Assembly (NCBI GenBank): GCA_040901675.1
Contig: JBBDYJ010000013.1
Coordinates: 80,536-144,535, forward strand
DNA: 64,000 bases
Direction of reading: 5' to 3'
DNA from: Pirellulales bacterium
GTDB taxonomy: Bacteria; Planctomycetota; Planctomycetia; Pirellulales; JAICIG01
Below the pieces are notes generated by a model. It was not told the DNA's origin and did not search any database. It saw only the letters and a list, made by a program, of their open reading frames with translations. The position numbers and the translations under genes are program-made. Shown here piece after piece: positions 38,267 through 47,298 of this stretch. Every line of letters begins with the position of its first letter. Positions within the stretch are counted from its first letter, which is position 1.

Positions 38267-39454
38267 TTATCGGGCGGCCAGAATCGGCAGCACCTCGGTC
38301 TGCGGATTGCCGGTCACGTGGACCCGCCCTTCGCCGTCGACGAACACGTTGACCTCGCTGCGGACGCCAAACTCCGGCAGGTAGATGCCTGGCTCGACGG
38401 AAAAGCAGGTGCGGCGCAGCACTAGCCGCTCTTCGTGCGTCTCCAGGTCGTCCATGTTCGCCCCGTTCCCATGGGTTTCCTGCCCAATGCTGTGGCCGGT
38501 CCGGTGGACGAAGGACTGGCCGTAGCCGGCTTCGTCGATCACGTCGCGGGCGGCCCGGTCGACCTCCCAGCCCGCCAGCGGGCGGTTCTGGGCAAATGCC
38601 TGCCGCACCGTGGCGATGGCCGCGTCGCGGGCGCGGGCCACGATTTCGAAGATCCTGCCGTACTTGTCAGGCACTTGGCTGCCGGCAAAGCCGACGCGCG
38701 TCAGGTCGCTATAGACCGAGCGGGGCTGGTCGAGCTTGCCCCACAAGTCGATGAGAACGAAGGCGCCCTCCACAATCGCGGCATCGGCGCCGGGCTGCGG
38801 CGCGTAATGAGGGTCGCCGCTGTGCGGCCCGACCGCGACAATCGGCGGGTGCGCAGTCACCAATCCATGGGCGAAAAAATGCTCCAGTATCTCGCCCTGC
38901 ACGTCGGTCTCGCGCACGCTGCCGGCCGAGCCAAGCTGGCGGGCGATGTAGCTCCAGGCACGCTCGAATGCCGATTGGGTATGGCGGTCGGCCTCGAGGT
39001 GCATCCGCCACTGGTCGTCGTCCCAGGTGGCCTCGAAAAGTTGGACCAGGTCGCCCGATCCAACCACGTCGATTCCGTTTTGACGAACGAGCTCGACCGT
39101 GCCTGCATCGACCCGCGAGATGTACGGATTCGCGTTGCGCGGCGAGTATTCCATGGCCACGCACCGCAGGCCCTTCACGAGCCCGGCCATCCCCGCTTCC
39201 AGTTGTTGCCAGGTGAGGTAAACGGTCTTGGAGCCGGGCAGGTGGTCGAGTGCCGCGGCTTCGATACGGTGCACCAGCTTCCTGGGCTCCCCCGCGGCCG
39301 GCACGCAGTAGAAAAACCGCCGCGAACCGACTTCCTTTTCGCCCAGACCCAGCACGCGCCGGGCCAGCACGTTGCTGCCGCGAAAGTCGTACATCAGCCA
39401 GCCGTCCAGCCGCCACTGGCGAAGGGCCTCTTGGACGGCGTGCAAGTCGAACAT
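38267..39454 (-). CDS. M24 family (Xaa-Pro) aminopeptidase
   Basis: DPHY, LIDLW, SDLTR, HRTGH, SVEPGIY, GVRSE. Confidence 0.9.
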   Translation of the reverse strand: MFDLHAVQEALRQWRLDGWLMYDFRGSNVLARRVLGLGEKEVGSRRFFYCVPAAGEPRKLVHRIEAAALDHLPGSKTVYLTWQQLEAGMAGLVKGLRCVAMEYSPRNANPYISRVDAGTVELVRQNGIDVVGSGDLVQLFEATWDDDQWRMHLEADRHTQSAFERAWSYIARQLGSAGSVRETDVQGEILEHFFAHGLVTAHPPIVAVGPHSGDPHYAPQPGADAAIVEGAFVLIDLWGKLDQPRSVYSDLTRVGFAGSQVPDKYGRIFEIVARARDAAIATVRQAFAQNRPLAGWEVDRAARDVIDEAGYGQSFVHRTGHSIGQETHGNGANMDDLETHEERLVLRRTCFSVEPGIYLPEFGVRSEVNVFVDGEGRVHVTGNPQTEVLPILAAR

Positions 39455-39494
39455 GGCGGTGGCCGCCGGGCGGCGGGTGGGACCCACGAATAGC

Positions 39495-40424
39495 TCAGGC
39501 CAGGTCTCGGTTGTCGAACAACAGCAAGGCAAGCAGCAGCGCAATCAGCACGTACAGGCCCGCATAGACGCCGGCCGAGCCCACGTACTCCCAGGGCACC
39601 GCCTGTCCCGTGGCCACCGCGCCTTCCGCTCGAAAGAACTCCAGCACCGGCAGCAGCGTGGCGATCAGCCTGCCCATGAAAGTCACCAGCGGCAGCTTCC
39701 CGATCGACGACTCCACCAGCAACGGAGTCAAGTGGCCGAGCACATAGATCGAGAAGCAAATGATCAGGTTGGGCAGCATGGGCAGCTTCGTCGAAATCGC
39801 GATGCTGATCGACGCCAGCACCGCCGTTTCCAAAAATGCCAGCACCAGGGCCGGCACGATCTGCAGCATTTCCTCCTGGCACTGCTCCGCGGTCGGCGGC
39901 GAATGCGAAAGCTCGCTGGCTTCGTAGGGCACTTTGTACGAGATCGTCGTCAGAAACACCATGCTCAACAACACGAACATGGTGAACGCCGGCGCCAGCA
40001 CCCCCAGGAACTTGCCCAGCACGAACTGCGGGCGCTTGACCGGCTTGGAAAGAAGCGTCAACGCGGTGCGGCCTTCGATCTCGGCCGAGATCGAGACGCT
40101 GGCCAACCAGACGGCCAGGCCGATCGAGAGCAGCATGATCAACGTCAGGCCCGAGTCCTTGATGACCTTGATGTCTTCACCGAACGTGTTGTAAGGAATG
40201 AAGACGAACAGCACCAGCAACAGGCTGCCCAGCGCCAGCTCCACCCAGAACAACGGCTGGTTCCAGCCCTCCTTGGCCGCCGTCCGGGCGATGGCGGCCA
40301 CCTTGGGAAATACCAGCTTCAGCAGCAGATACACCAGCAGCATGGCGCCCATGGCCGCCAGGCCCCCGGCCGCCACCAGCCAGAGCGGGACCAGCCAGCT
40401 ATACCAGGCGGCCAAAAGCACCAT
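39495..40424 (-). CDS. ABC-2 type transporter permease
   Basis: Multiple TMs and EIEGRTALTLLSKPVKRPQFVLGKFLG. Confidence 0.85.
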   Translation of the reverse strand: MVLLAAWYSWLVPLWLVAAGGLAAMGAMLLVYLLLKLVFPKVAAIARTAAKEGWNQPLFWVELALGSLLLVLFVFIPYNTFGEDIKVIKDSGLTLIMLLSIGLAVWLASVSISAEIEGRTALTLLSKPVKRPQFVLGKFLGVLAPAFTMFVLLSMVFLTTISYKVPYEASELSHSPPTAEQCQEEMLQIVPALVLAFLETAVLASISIAISTKLPMLPNLIICFSIYVLGHLTPLLVESSIGKLPLVTFMGRLIATLLPVLEFFRAEGAVATGQAVPWEYVGSAGVYAGLYVLIALLLALLLFDNRDLA

Positions 40425-40569
40425 ATCACTTGCATTGCAAAGCATCGCGGCCTCGGGAAACGGACGGTATGGAAGGAGATCGGATTCCTTGGATTGATTC
40501 AGCGACGATGTCAGGAAGACCTTGATTCAGAGACTCTGTGATTCAGAAACTCTGTTGCCGGACTGACCG

Positions 40570-40860
40570 CTAGAGTTGGATTTCGAAATCGTCGAACTCA
40601 CCCGTGGCCGGCAGCGACTGCGAATGGCTGCCGGCGATGTACCGGCCCAACTCGGCGGTGACGGCTTCCAGGAACGCGTCCAACTCGTCGGCCTGGGCCT
40701 CGGCCACGACCAGCACTCGCCCGTCGGGCAGATTGCGGACGAGTCCGGCCACCGGAAACCGCTGGGCAATCTGCCGGGTGGTATAGCGAAAGCCGACACC
40801 CTGCACGCGCCCCTGAAAATAGACCTGGCGGCGCTGGAGGCCGGCCGCTTGTTTCGACAC
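40570..40860 (-). CDS. acyP: Acylphosphatase
   Basis: GRVQGVGFRY and GLVRNLPDGRV motifs. Confidence 0.92.
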   Translation of the reverse strand: MSKQAAGLQRRQVYFQGRVQGVGFRYTTRQIAQRFPVAGLVRNLPDGRVLVVAEAQADELDAFLEAVTAELGRYIAGSHSQSLPATGEFDDFEIQL

Positions 40861-40971
40861 GGAAATTTTTCCAAGCTCCTCAGCTAACAACTCCTCAGGC
40901 TAGCTTCCTCAAGCCGGGCGGCGCGGGCAATACTCGGCTGTACGCGGCCGGGCCGGATTCGGTTCGGTCCC

Positions 40972-41030
40972 GTCTACCGGTATGCCAGTCTACCGGTATC
41001 CCAGCCTGCCAGTATATTTGTGTCCAGTAT
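40972..41030. repeat. Short tandem repeats with a 16-nt period
   Basis: gtctaccggtatgcca gtctaccggtatccca gcctgccagtat...; another 16-nt duplication at 40524-40555. Confidence 0.6.
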
Positions 41031-41179
41031 AAACGTCCGCCCCTTGTTTGCCAGCCAGGCTCCGCGAGGCCGGCAATCGGCCGGCGCCCTCCAAATCGGC
41101 CGAGGCGGTCGATCTCGGTGGGCTGCCGCTTTGCAGGCTGTCTTGACCTGGCCGGCGGGTTGTCCTACTGTCCGCCCCC

Positions 41180-42298
41180 ATGCCCGAGCATCTCATTCGC
41201 AAAACGCTCCGTCCGGCGGCCGCGCCGCTGGCCTGCCTGCTGCTGCTTTGGGCCGCCGTCCAGGCCCAATCGCCCCTGCGGTTGGCGCCGGTGGAGGGCC
41301 ACTTGCTGCTGGCCAACGGCGAGGTGCTTTCGGGCAAGGTCACCCGGGCCGGCGACCATTACTTTGTGGCGATCGACGAGGGCGAGATCCGTCTCAAGGC
41401 GGCCGACGTCGACACGTTCTGCGAGAGCCTGGACCAGGCCTACGAGTGGAAGCGCTTGACCATCGAGGCCGGCAAGGCTTCGGACCATCTCCAGTTGGCC
41501 GATTGGTGCTTGCGGCAGCAGTTGCTGGGATGCGCCGTCCGCGAGCTTCGCGATGCGCTAGCCGCCGAGCCGGGCCATCCGGGGATCGCCGTGATCGAGC
41601 GGCGGCTGGAACAGGCGCGGCAGCGGCCGGCACCCACCAAGGCCAACAGCCGGAAGGCCGATTCGGCGCCGACGAACGACGAGCTCGACCGCATGGTGCG
41701 TGGCATGCCGCCCGGCGCCATCGAGGATTTCATGCACACGGTCCAGCCTCTGCTGGTCAACCATTGCTCCAGCTCCGGTTGTCACGGCCCCCGCTCCGAA
41801 ACCGCCTTCAGCCTGTTCCGCATCCCGCCGGGACGCACGCCCAGCCGGCGGTTGACACAACGCAACCTCCACGCGGTGTTGCAACTGCTCGCGGACGAAC
41901 CCCGGCAAAGCCCTTTGCTGCTCGTTCCCCTCCAGCCGCATGGCGGCGCCAAGGCGGCCATCTTTACCAATCGCCAGGCCGCCCAGTATCGGCAACTCTA
42001 CCGCTGGGTCCACTCCGTCAGGGGCCGAGGACCGAAAGCCTCGCCGGCCAGCGTGGCGGATCCGGTTGGCCCGCTGTTACAGAGCATCTCAGTGGACGAC
42101 GTTCTGTTATTCGACGACGTGCCCGGCGAGGACGGCGACGGCGAGCCCCACATGCGGCGGCGGATGCCGTTGAGCCACGGTATCGGCGACCCGCCGGCCG
42201 ACAGCGGCGAAGACGCCGATGAGGTCGAGAATGGCGACCTCGTGCCGGCCGACCCCTTCGACGCCGAGATTTTCAATCGGCGCTACCGGCCACGATGA
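41180..42298 (+). CDS. Hypothetical secreted protein with a CxxxxCH motif
   Basis: Signal peptide, LLLANGEVLSG, LADWC, VQPLLVNHCSSSGCHG. Confidence 0.75.
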   Translation: MPEHLIRKTLRPAAAPLACLLLLWAAVQAQSPLRLAPVEGHLLLANGEVLSGKVTRAGDHYFVAIDEGEIRLKAADVDTFCESLDQAYEWKRLTIEAGKASDHLQLADWCLRQQLLGCAVRELRDALAAEPGHPGIAVIERRLEQARQRPAPTKANSRKADSAPTNDELDRMVRGMPPGAIEDFMHTVQPLLVNHCSSSGCHGPRSETAFSLFRIPPGRTPSRRLTQRNLHAVLQLLADEPRQSPLLLVPLQPHGGAKAAIFTNRQAAQYRQLYRWVHSVRGRGPKASPASVADPVGPLLQSISVDDVLLFDDVPGEDGDGEPHMRRRMPLSHGIGDPPADSGEDADEVENGDLVPADPFDAEIFNRRYRPR

Positions 42299-42306
42299 GG
42301 CCGCCT

Positions 42307-42990
42307 TCAGGTGGCCGTCAGCCAGTCGTATTTCCAGAAGGGGTTGCCGCATTCGGCGCAGCGGTCGCCGTTTTCCAGCAGGTGTCCATGGCACTGCTGA
42401 CAGTCGCTGATGGCCGGCAGCAAGAGATTCTGGCGTTTGCGCGACTCGGCGGCACGGGCCTGGTCCGAGAAGGCAACGTTCGTGGCGATCGAGACGGCCA
42501 GCGGCAGCAACCGGTAGACGATCAGCGGGGCCCGGCGGGCTTCGGGCATGGTGCGCTCCAGCACCTCGGAGAACCCTCGCCGGCGGTCGTCGGGCACTTT
42601 GGGCAGGTAGGAAGCCAGCCGCTGTTGCGCGCCGGGCAAGTCGAGGCCGTCACCCAGCCGCATCCGCCCCAACCAACGCAAATACCAATCGTCCTGGACG
42701 GCCAGGTAGGCGTTCTGCCGCACTTCAACCGCCGATTCGACCAGGGTGTACAGCTCGATCTCCCGCCGCGTGCGCTCCTCGGTTTGAATCGCCGAAACGG
42801 GCATCAGCATCGAATCGCGGCCGATGATCCGCTCGACGTCGAATTGCACGCGCGTCAGAAACGAATCGCAGACCACGTCCAGGCCGTCGGCCAGGCTCGC
42901 GGCAACCGCTGCGCCGTCGGCGCGGGACAGGTGCAGGTTGAAGGCCTCGGCAGCTTCCGTTCGCCGTCGGCGCCGGTCTTCCAGGGCCAT
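42307..42990 (-). CDS. Hypothetical protein with a C-terminal zinc ribbon
   Basis: CQQCHG...CAECGNP; GAGG RBS. Confidence 0.75.
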   Translation of the reverse strand: MALEDRRRRRTEAAEAFNLHLSRADGAAVAASLADGLDVVCDSFLTRVQFDVERIIGRDSMLMPVSAIQTEERTRREIELYTLVESAVEVRQNAYLAVQDDWYLRWLGRMRLGDGLDLPGAQQRLASYLPKVPDDRRRGFSEVLERTMPEARRAPLIVYRLLPLAVSIATNVAFSDQARAAESRKRQNLLLPAISDCQQCHGHLLENGDRCAECGNPFWKYDWLTAT

Positions 42991-43339
42991 GGAACGAACC
43001 CCTCAGAGTTTTTGCGCCCGCCCGGCGCTCGACGGCCGGGCCAGACCTTGGAGCCAGCCACATCGTGAACCGCGTCTACGGCAGATTCTATCACCGGCCC
43101 GGCCTTCAAGCCACCAACGGCCCCCCCTCCCGAACTGCCGGCCCGCCTGCCCCGCCGTGAAGCCGGCGACCGAACTGCCCCGCGCTGTGTAGCCAGGCGG
43201 TCGTAAGATTCGGTCTCTGCCGGCGGCTACGTCAGGTGAACGCCTGGCGGGCGTGCTCGACGCCTTGGAACCAATGCTTGCCGGCACGCGAGGCGGCCTC
43301 GGTCATCCGACCCGCCTGGCCCACTGCCCGGTGAAACCA

Positions 43340-43675
43340 GCGGCCAAACTTGCAGGTCGTAGATCTTGCGGTCGGGCGGCTTGAGCCACCGGAGCGCCGC
43401 CGACAGCAGGTCCGCGCGCTCTGCCAGCTCGGCGGGGGCCGGACTGCGGCGCCGGCAAGTCGAGTTCAGCAACGGTGAGATGGGAATTAAGACACCCATA
43501 AATCTGACCGAGTGCATCCGTGAGCGCTTTGTCGTGACGCAGCGAGAGGTGCTGAACTAGCACGCTGATTCAGCCCGCCGATTCGGTTCCGCCGTCGAGA
43601 CCGAACTTGGCCCGCAGCTTCTGCTTGCAGCGTGCAATGCGCATCCGAACGGCGTCGACCGTGCTGCCGATCGCG
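43340..43675 (-). pseudogene. Fragments resembling ECF sigma factor region 4
   Basis: PAELAERADLLSAALRWLKPPDRKIYDL and AIGSTVDAVRMRIARCKQKLR lie in separate ORFs. Confidence 0.4.
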
Positions 43676-43877
43676 GTCGAGGCACTGCGGGGGAAGCCGG
43701 GCCAGCCGGCAGCGGCGGACACGTGCTCGAATGTGCCGAACTGGGGCCGGTTTTTCGGCCCGGCCGGAGGGGAAGGGGCAGAGGGAGGGGGAAAAAACTT
43801 GCACAACCGACCCCGGAGTGCGACAATGCCCCCCGTCCAATCCAGGCGAACGTTGGTCGAAGAGCGAGGGCCGCGGC

Positions 43878-44711
43878 ATGGATGGCACCGAACTCAGGCA
43901 TGGCCTGTTTTACTTGCTGGTCCCCGTGGGCCTGGTAATCTTCGTCGCGCTTTCGGTCTGCTTCCTGATACGCGACTACCTTTGCCCTCATTGCGGCGCC
44001 GAAAACTCCTCGAAGCGCGGAAACTGCCCCGACTGCGGGCATCCGATGGTTCCCGACAAGCCGGTGGTGGAATCCGCGGAAGCCGTCCCGCGCAAGCCGC
44101 CGGTGCCATGGCCGGCCTGGCCGATCGTGTTGACGGTCGTCGCCGCCCTGGCCATCTGCCAATTCGGCCCGCAGCGCTACGACGGCGCCGCCGGCCATTA
44201 TGAGATCTACCGCGGCTGGCCCGTCGCCTGTCACTTCGACTACAACATCCCCTCGCGCCGGGCCGCGATGGAAGGCCGCGTCGAGTTCAGGCGCGGCGTC
44301 CGGCTGAGAGTGACCGGGCTGGTGTTCGACATGGCCGTGTCGTTATTGATCGCCGCCTCCACAATTTCGGTTTGCGAGGGGATGCTGCGCCGGCCGACCG
44401 GGGCCAGGCTCCGTTGGAGAGTGGCCGTGGCGGTCCTGGCGATGATGGTTGCGGCGTTGTTGGCGGCAGCGGTGGTCAGCGAATCGGGCGCCCCTCGGTT
44501 TCCCTACATGTGGCAGGGACGCGTGCCCACGATCATCCAGAGTCCCACGGCCGCCTGGTGCCTCTGGTACGTGCGCTTGCCGTTGTTGTTCGGCGTCGGC
44601 TGCGGCGTCTATACGGGTTGCCGGCTGGTGGTCGTCGGGCTCTGCCAGTTGGCGCAGAAGACTTTGCGAAGGCCGATGGCCGTAAGCGTGCCCTTGGCTC
44701 CGGCTAGCTGA
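43878..44711 (+). CDS. Hypothetical membrane protein with a zinc ribbon
   Basis: CPHCG..CPDCG, about 5 TMs, RGWP motif. Confidence 0.7.
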   Translation: MDGTELRHGLFYLLVPVGLVIFVALSVCFLIRDYLCPHCGAENSSKRGNCPDCGHPMVPDKPVVESAEAVPRKPPVPWPAWPIVLTVVAALAICQFGPQRYDGAAGHYEIYRGWPVACHFDYNIPSRRAAMEGRVEFRRGVRLRVTGLVFDMAVSLLIAASTISVCEGMLRRPTGARLRWRVAVAVLAMMVAALLAAAVVSESGAPRFPYMWQGRVPTIIQSPTAAWCLWYVRLPLLFGVGCGVYTGCRLVVVGLCQLAQKTLRRPMAVSVPLAPAS

Positions 44712-46134
44712 CCGCTGCCAGCTCGGCCGCGGCAAAGTATTCCTCGAAGGTCGGATCGCCCAAAAAGCGGGCCCCCACGCCGGCTAACGAAAGCTGGCCG
44801 GCTTGCAGCGAATCGAGCCAGAACCCCCTGCCCTGGCTCTCGCCCGCTCGGTGCAAGAACGCCGCGTAATAGCCGTCGACGGCCCGCAGATCCGCTTCCG
44901 GCGAAGCTGCAATGCGCTGGGCCACTTGCTCGCGCGGGGCGCCTTGATGCATTTCCCGCGTCCACCACGCCAGGCTTTCGCCGTCCGCCGGCCGCGACAG
45001 CACGTCGCGGAACACTTCGGCCACAAAGGCCGCCTCGTCCGCGCGCTCAAGCTGGTACTCGTCGCTGGCCAGCATGCCGGCCACGACCTGCCTCTCATCG
45101 GCCCCGACCAGGAAAGCATCGACCCACCACGACCGGCCCTCGGCATCCGCGGGACGCTGGAACAACGTCGAATAGTAGCGGTCGACCTGGTAACCGCGAT
45201 GCTCGGCCGACCGCCAGATGCCGCCGGCCACGTCCTCGCGCGATGCGCCGGCGGCAAGTTGTTCTCGCCAGTGAGCGGCCCCCGCCTCGTCGGCCTCCCG
45301 GCCGAGCAGGTTGCGGTAGATGCCATGGATGGCGGCGGTCTGCGCGTCGTCGAGCGCCGGGAAGCGGTGGGCGGCCACTTCGATCGGCGACACCTGGCTG
45401 ATGAGCACGTTGCCGGCGTCGCGCCCCTCGACGCTGGCGCCGCTGGCCAGCACCAACTGGTGGCCGCCTCCTTCAGGCGCCGTGATGATGACCCCATGAT
45501 CGGGTGTGTGCTGCTGCCTGACCATGGCCGAGCCGGGGTGCAGACCTTGGAAGCGGTAGGAACCGTCGGGCCCGGTAACGGCCGCCGGTTCGCCGGCATC
45601 CGAAGCGCCGTTGTGGCTCAGGTCCAGGTACACCATGCGGCCGGGCAGCCCCGGCTCGGGCGGATCCTGGGCGCCGGAAGCGTTGTAGTCGAGGAACACC
45701 GTGCCGCTCACCTGTCCGGGCAGCAGCTCGTCAGCGGCGCCGGGGGCTGGTTCGTGGTCTTCAACCGGCTCCTGGTCCACAACCGGACTGACGGCATCGC
45801 CGATGCCGTCCGCCGGTTCCGCCGGTTCGAGCGGCAGTGGGCCGAGCGGTCCACCAAGGGGCACGTCAGCGTCTGGCGGGGAAGAATCGCCGGGCGGCAA
45901 ACAGGCATGCGCCGTCGACGGGGCGCTTGGCGTCTGCTGGCTGACGAACGGCGCGACATCGAATGCCCCGTGGCCGCCTCCGGCTGACAACGCGGCCGGC
46001 GCCAGCTCGGCCGCCATTGCCACCGCCAGCAGGGCGCGGCCTTCGAGCGGCTGGATCGCCAGGCGGCGATAGAGCGACGAGACCGTCCGGGGCTTGTCCT
46101 TGCGCAAAGCGCGATCGGGGCCGTGCCGCTGCAT
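44704..46134 (-). CDS. Surface protein: planctomycete extracellular signal + SdrD-B-like + DUF4214 repeats
   Basis: RRLAIQPLEGRALLA; VSGTVFLDYNASG..GSYRF; repeated LLGREAD..G..HW; AAGGAG RBS. Confidence 0.8.
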   Translation of the reverse strand: MQRHGPDRALRKDKPRTVSSLYRRLAIQPLEGRALLAVAMAAELAPAALSAGGGHGAFDVAPFVSQQTPSAPSTAHACLPPGDSSPPDADVPLGGPLGPLPLEPAEPADGIGDAVSPVVDQEPVEDHEPAPGAADELLPGQVSGTVFLDYNASGAQDPPEPGLPGRMVYLDLSHNGASDAGEPAAVTGPDGSYRFQGLHPGSAMVRQQHTPDHGVIITAPEGGGHQLVLASGASVEGRDAGNVLISQVSPIEVAAHRFPALDDAQTAAIHGIYRNLLGREADEAGAAHWREQLAAGASREDVAGGIWRSAEHRGYQVDRYYSTLFQRPADAEGRSWWVDAFLVGADERQVVAGMLASDEYQLERADEAAFVAEVFRDVLSRPADGESLAWWTREMHQGAPREQVAQRIAASPEADLRAVDGYYAAFLHRAGESQGRGFWLDSLQAGQLSLAGVGARFLGDPTFEEYFAAAELAAVS

Positions 46135-46399
46135 GGCCTTCTCCTTTGAATATCAACTACCAACGATCAAGGTGAGAAGAACGCCGAGGGTAAAAGGCAC
46201 ATCGCGTGCCACGGCCACCGTGGAGACCATCGGCCGGCAGCGCCGCCGTGCGCCATGTTGTTGCGGCGCCAGCCATTTCCGGCTGCCGGGTTTGCGGTCT
46301 GGGCCCGGCGCGTCAAGACCCATCGCGGCCGGAAGAATTGAAGAAACTTCCTACGGCGTTGGGAAAAATCTGCTCAGGCTCGCTGCTAGCACGGCCGAG

Positions 46400-46519
46400 C
46401 TACATGAGTTTCCCAAGCAGCCAGAAAAGAAGCAGAAAGATGATGATCGTCGAAATGCAGCCGCCGCCCAGCTTCTTGGCTCCGTATCCAGCCAACAGAG
46501 CACGCAACAGGTTTCGCAT
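46400..46519 (-). CDS. Small 39-aa membrane protein
   Basis: MRNLLRALLAGYGAKKLGGGCISTIIIFLLLFWLLGKLM*, starting 12 nt after the receiver gene stop. Confidence 0.65.
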   Translation of the reverse strand: MRNLLRALLAGYGAKKLGGGCISTIIIFLLLFWLLGKLM

Positions 46520-46531
46520 GGAAGATCCGCC

Positions 46532-46936
46532 TTAGACGGAATGAGGGCGAGTGGCCCAGGCGATGGCGTCTTCCAGTTGCGCCAGCGTGGCGGGCTTCAT
46601 GAGATACGATTCCACGTGCCCCTGCTGCGCTCGCCGGAGGAATTGGAGACTGCCATAGCCGGACAGCACGATGACCGGCGTATGCGTTTCCTCGAAGATC
46701 AGGTCCGCCGCGTCGAGGCCGTCCATCTCCGGCATTTTGATATCGGCGATGACCACGTCGGCAGGCGTATCGTGGCAACGGTCGACCAGTTGGCGTCCGG
46801 TTGCGACCTGGAAGACCACCTCGTGCCCTAAATGGCGAAGCATTCGACCCAGCACCCGGCGTGCAGCCGGATCGTCGTCGGCAAGTCCCACCCGAAGGTG
46901 GGCGCGCTCGGTGGCGTCAGCGATGGTTCTTGTCAT
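46532..46936 (-). CDS. Single-domain response regulator
   Basis: LADDD, IADIKMPEMDG, LSGY, YLMKP. Confidence 0.85.
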   Translation of the reverse strand: MTRTIADATERAHLRVGLADDDPAARRVLGRMLRHLGHEVVFQVATGRQLVDRCHDTPADVVIADIKMPEMDGLDAADLIFEETHTPVIVLSGYGSLQFLRRAQQGHVESYLMKPATLAQLEDAIAWATRPHSV

Positions 46937-47298
46937 TCGACGTTGGCGACGAGAAGTGAGGATTCGAAAGGCATCTGGAATTCAATACGCGGTTCTCCAA
47001 CAAGTCGCATTGGTCGCGCAGCTTGCTCGGGTTCATGTTTCCAGGCTCGAAATTGGCTCGCCCCGACTCGACGCTCTTCTCTGGCCCGGCCCACAAAACT
47101 CGTCGGACCCCCGCAGAGGATATGCACACGCTGTGCCCATCTCCGGTAATTGCCTTCGACAAACGAGTTAGCGCGAGGTGCCCGCTGGTTTCGGCCGTGC
47201 AGAATTCAGATTGGCAGCATTGGAAGCTGCCCCGGGGGGCATACCCCGGCCGGGGGCTCGAGCCGCCTCAGGGGGCCAGACAGGCAAACAAGCGCAGC

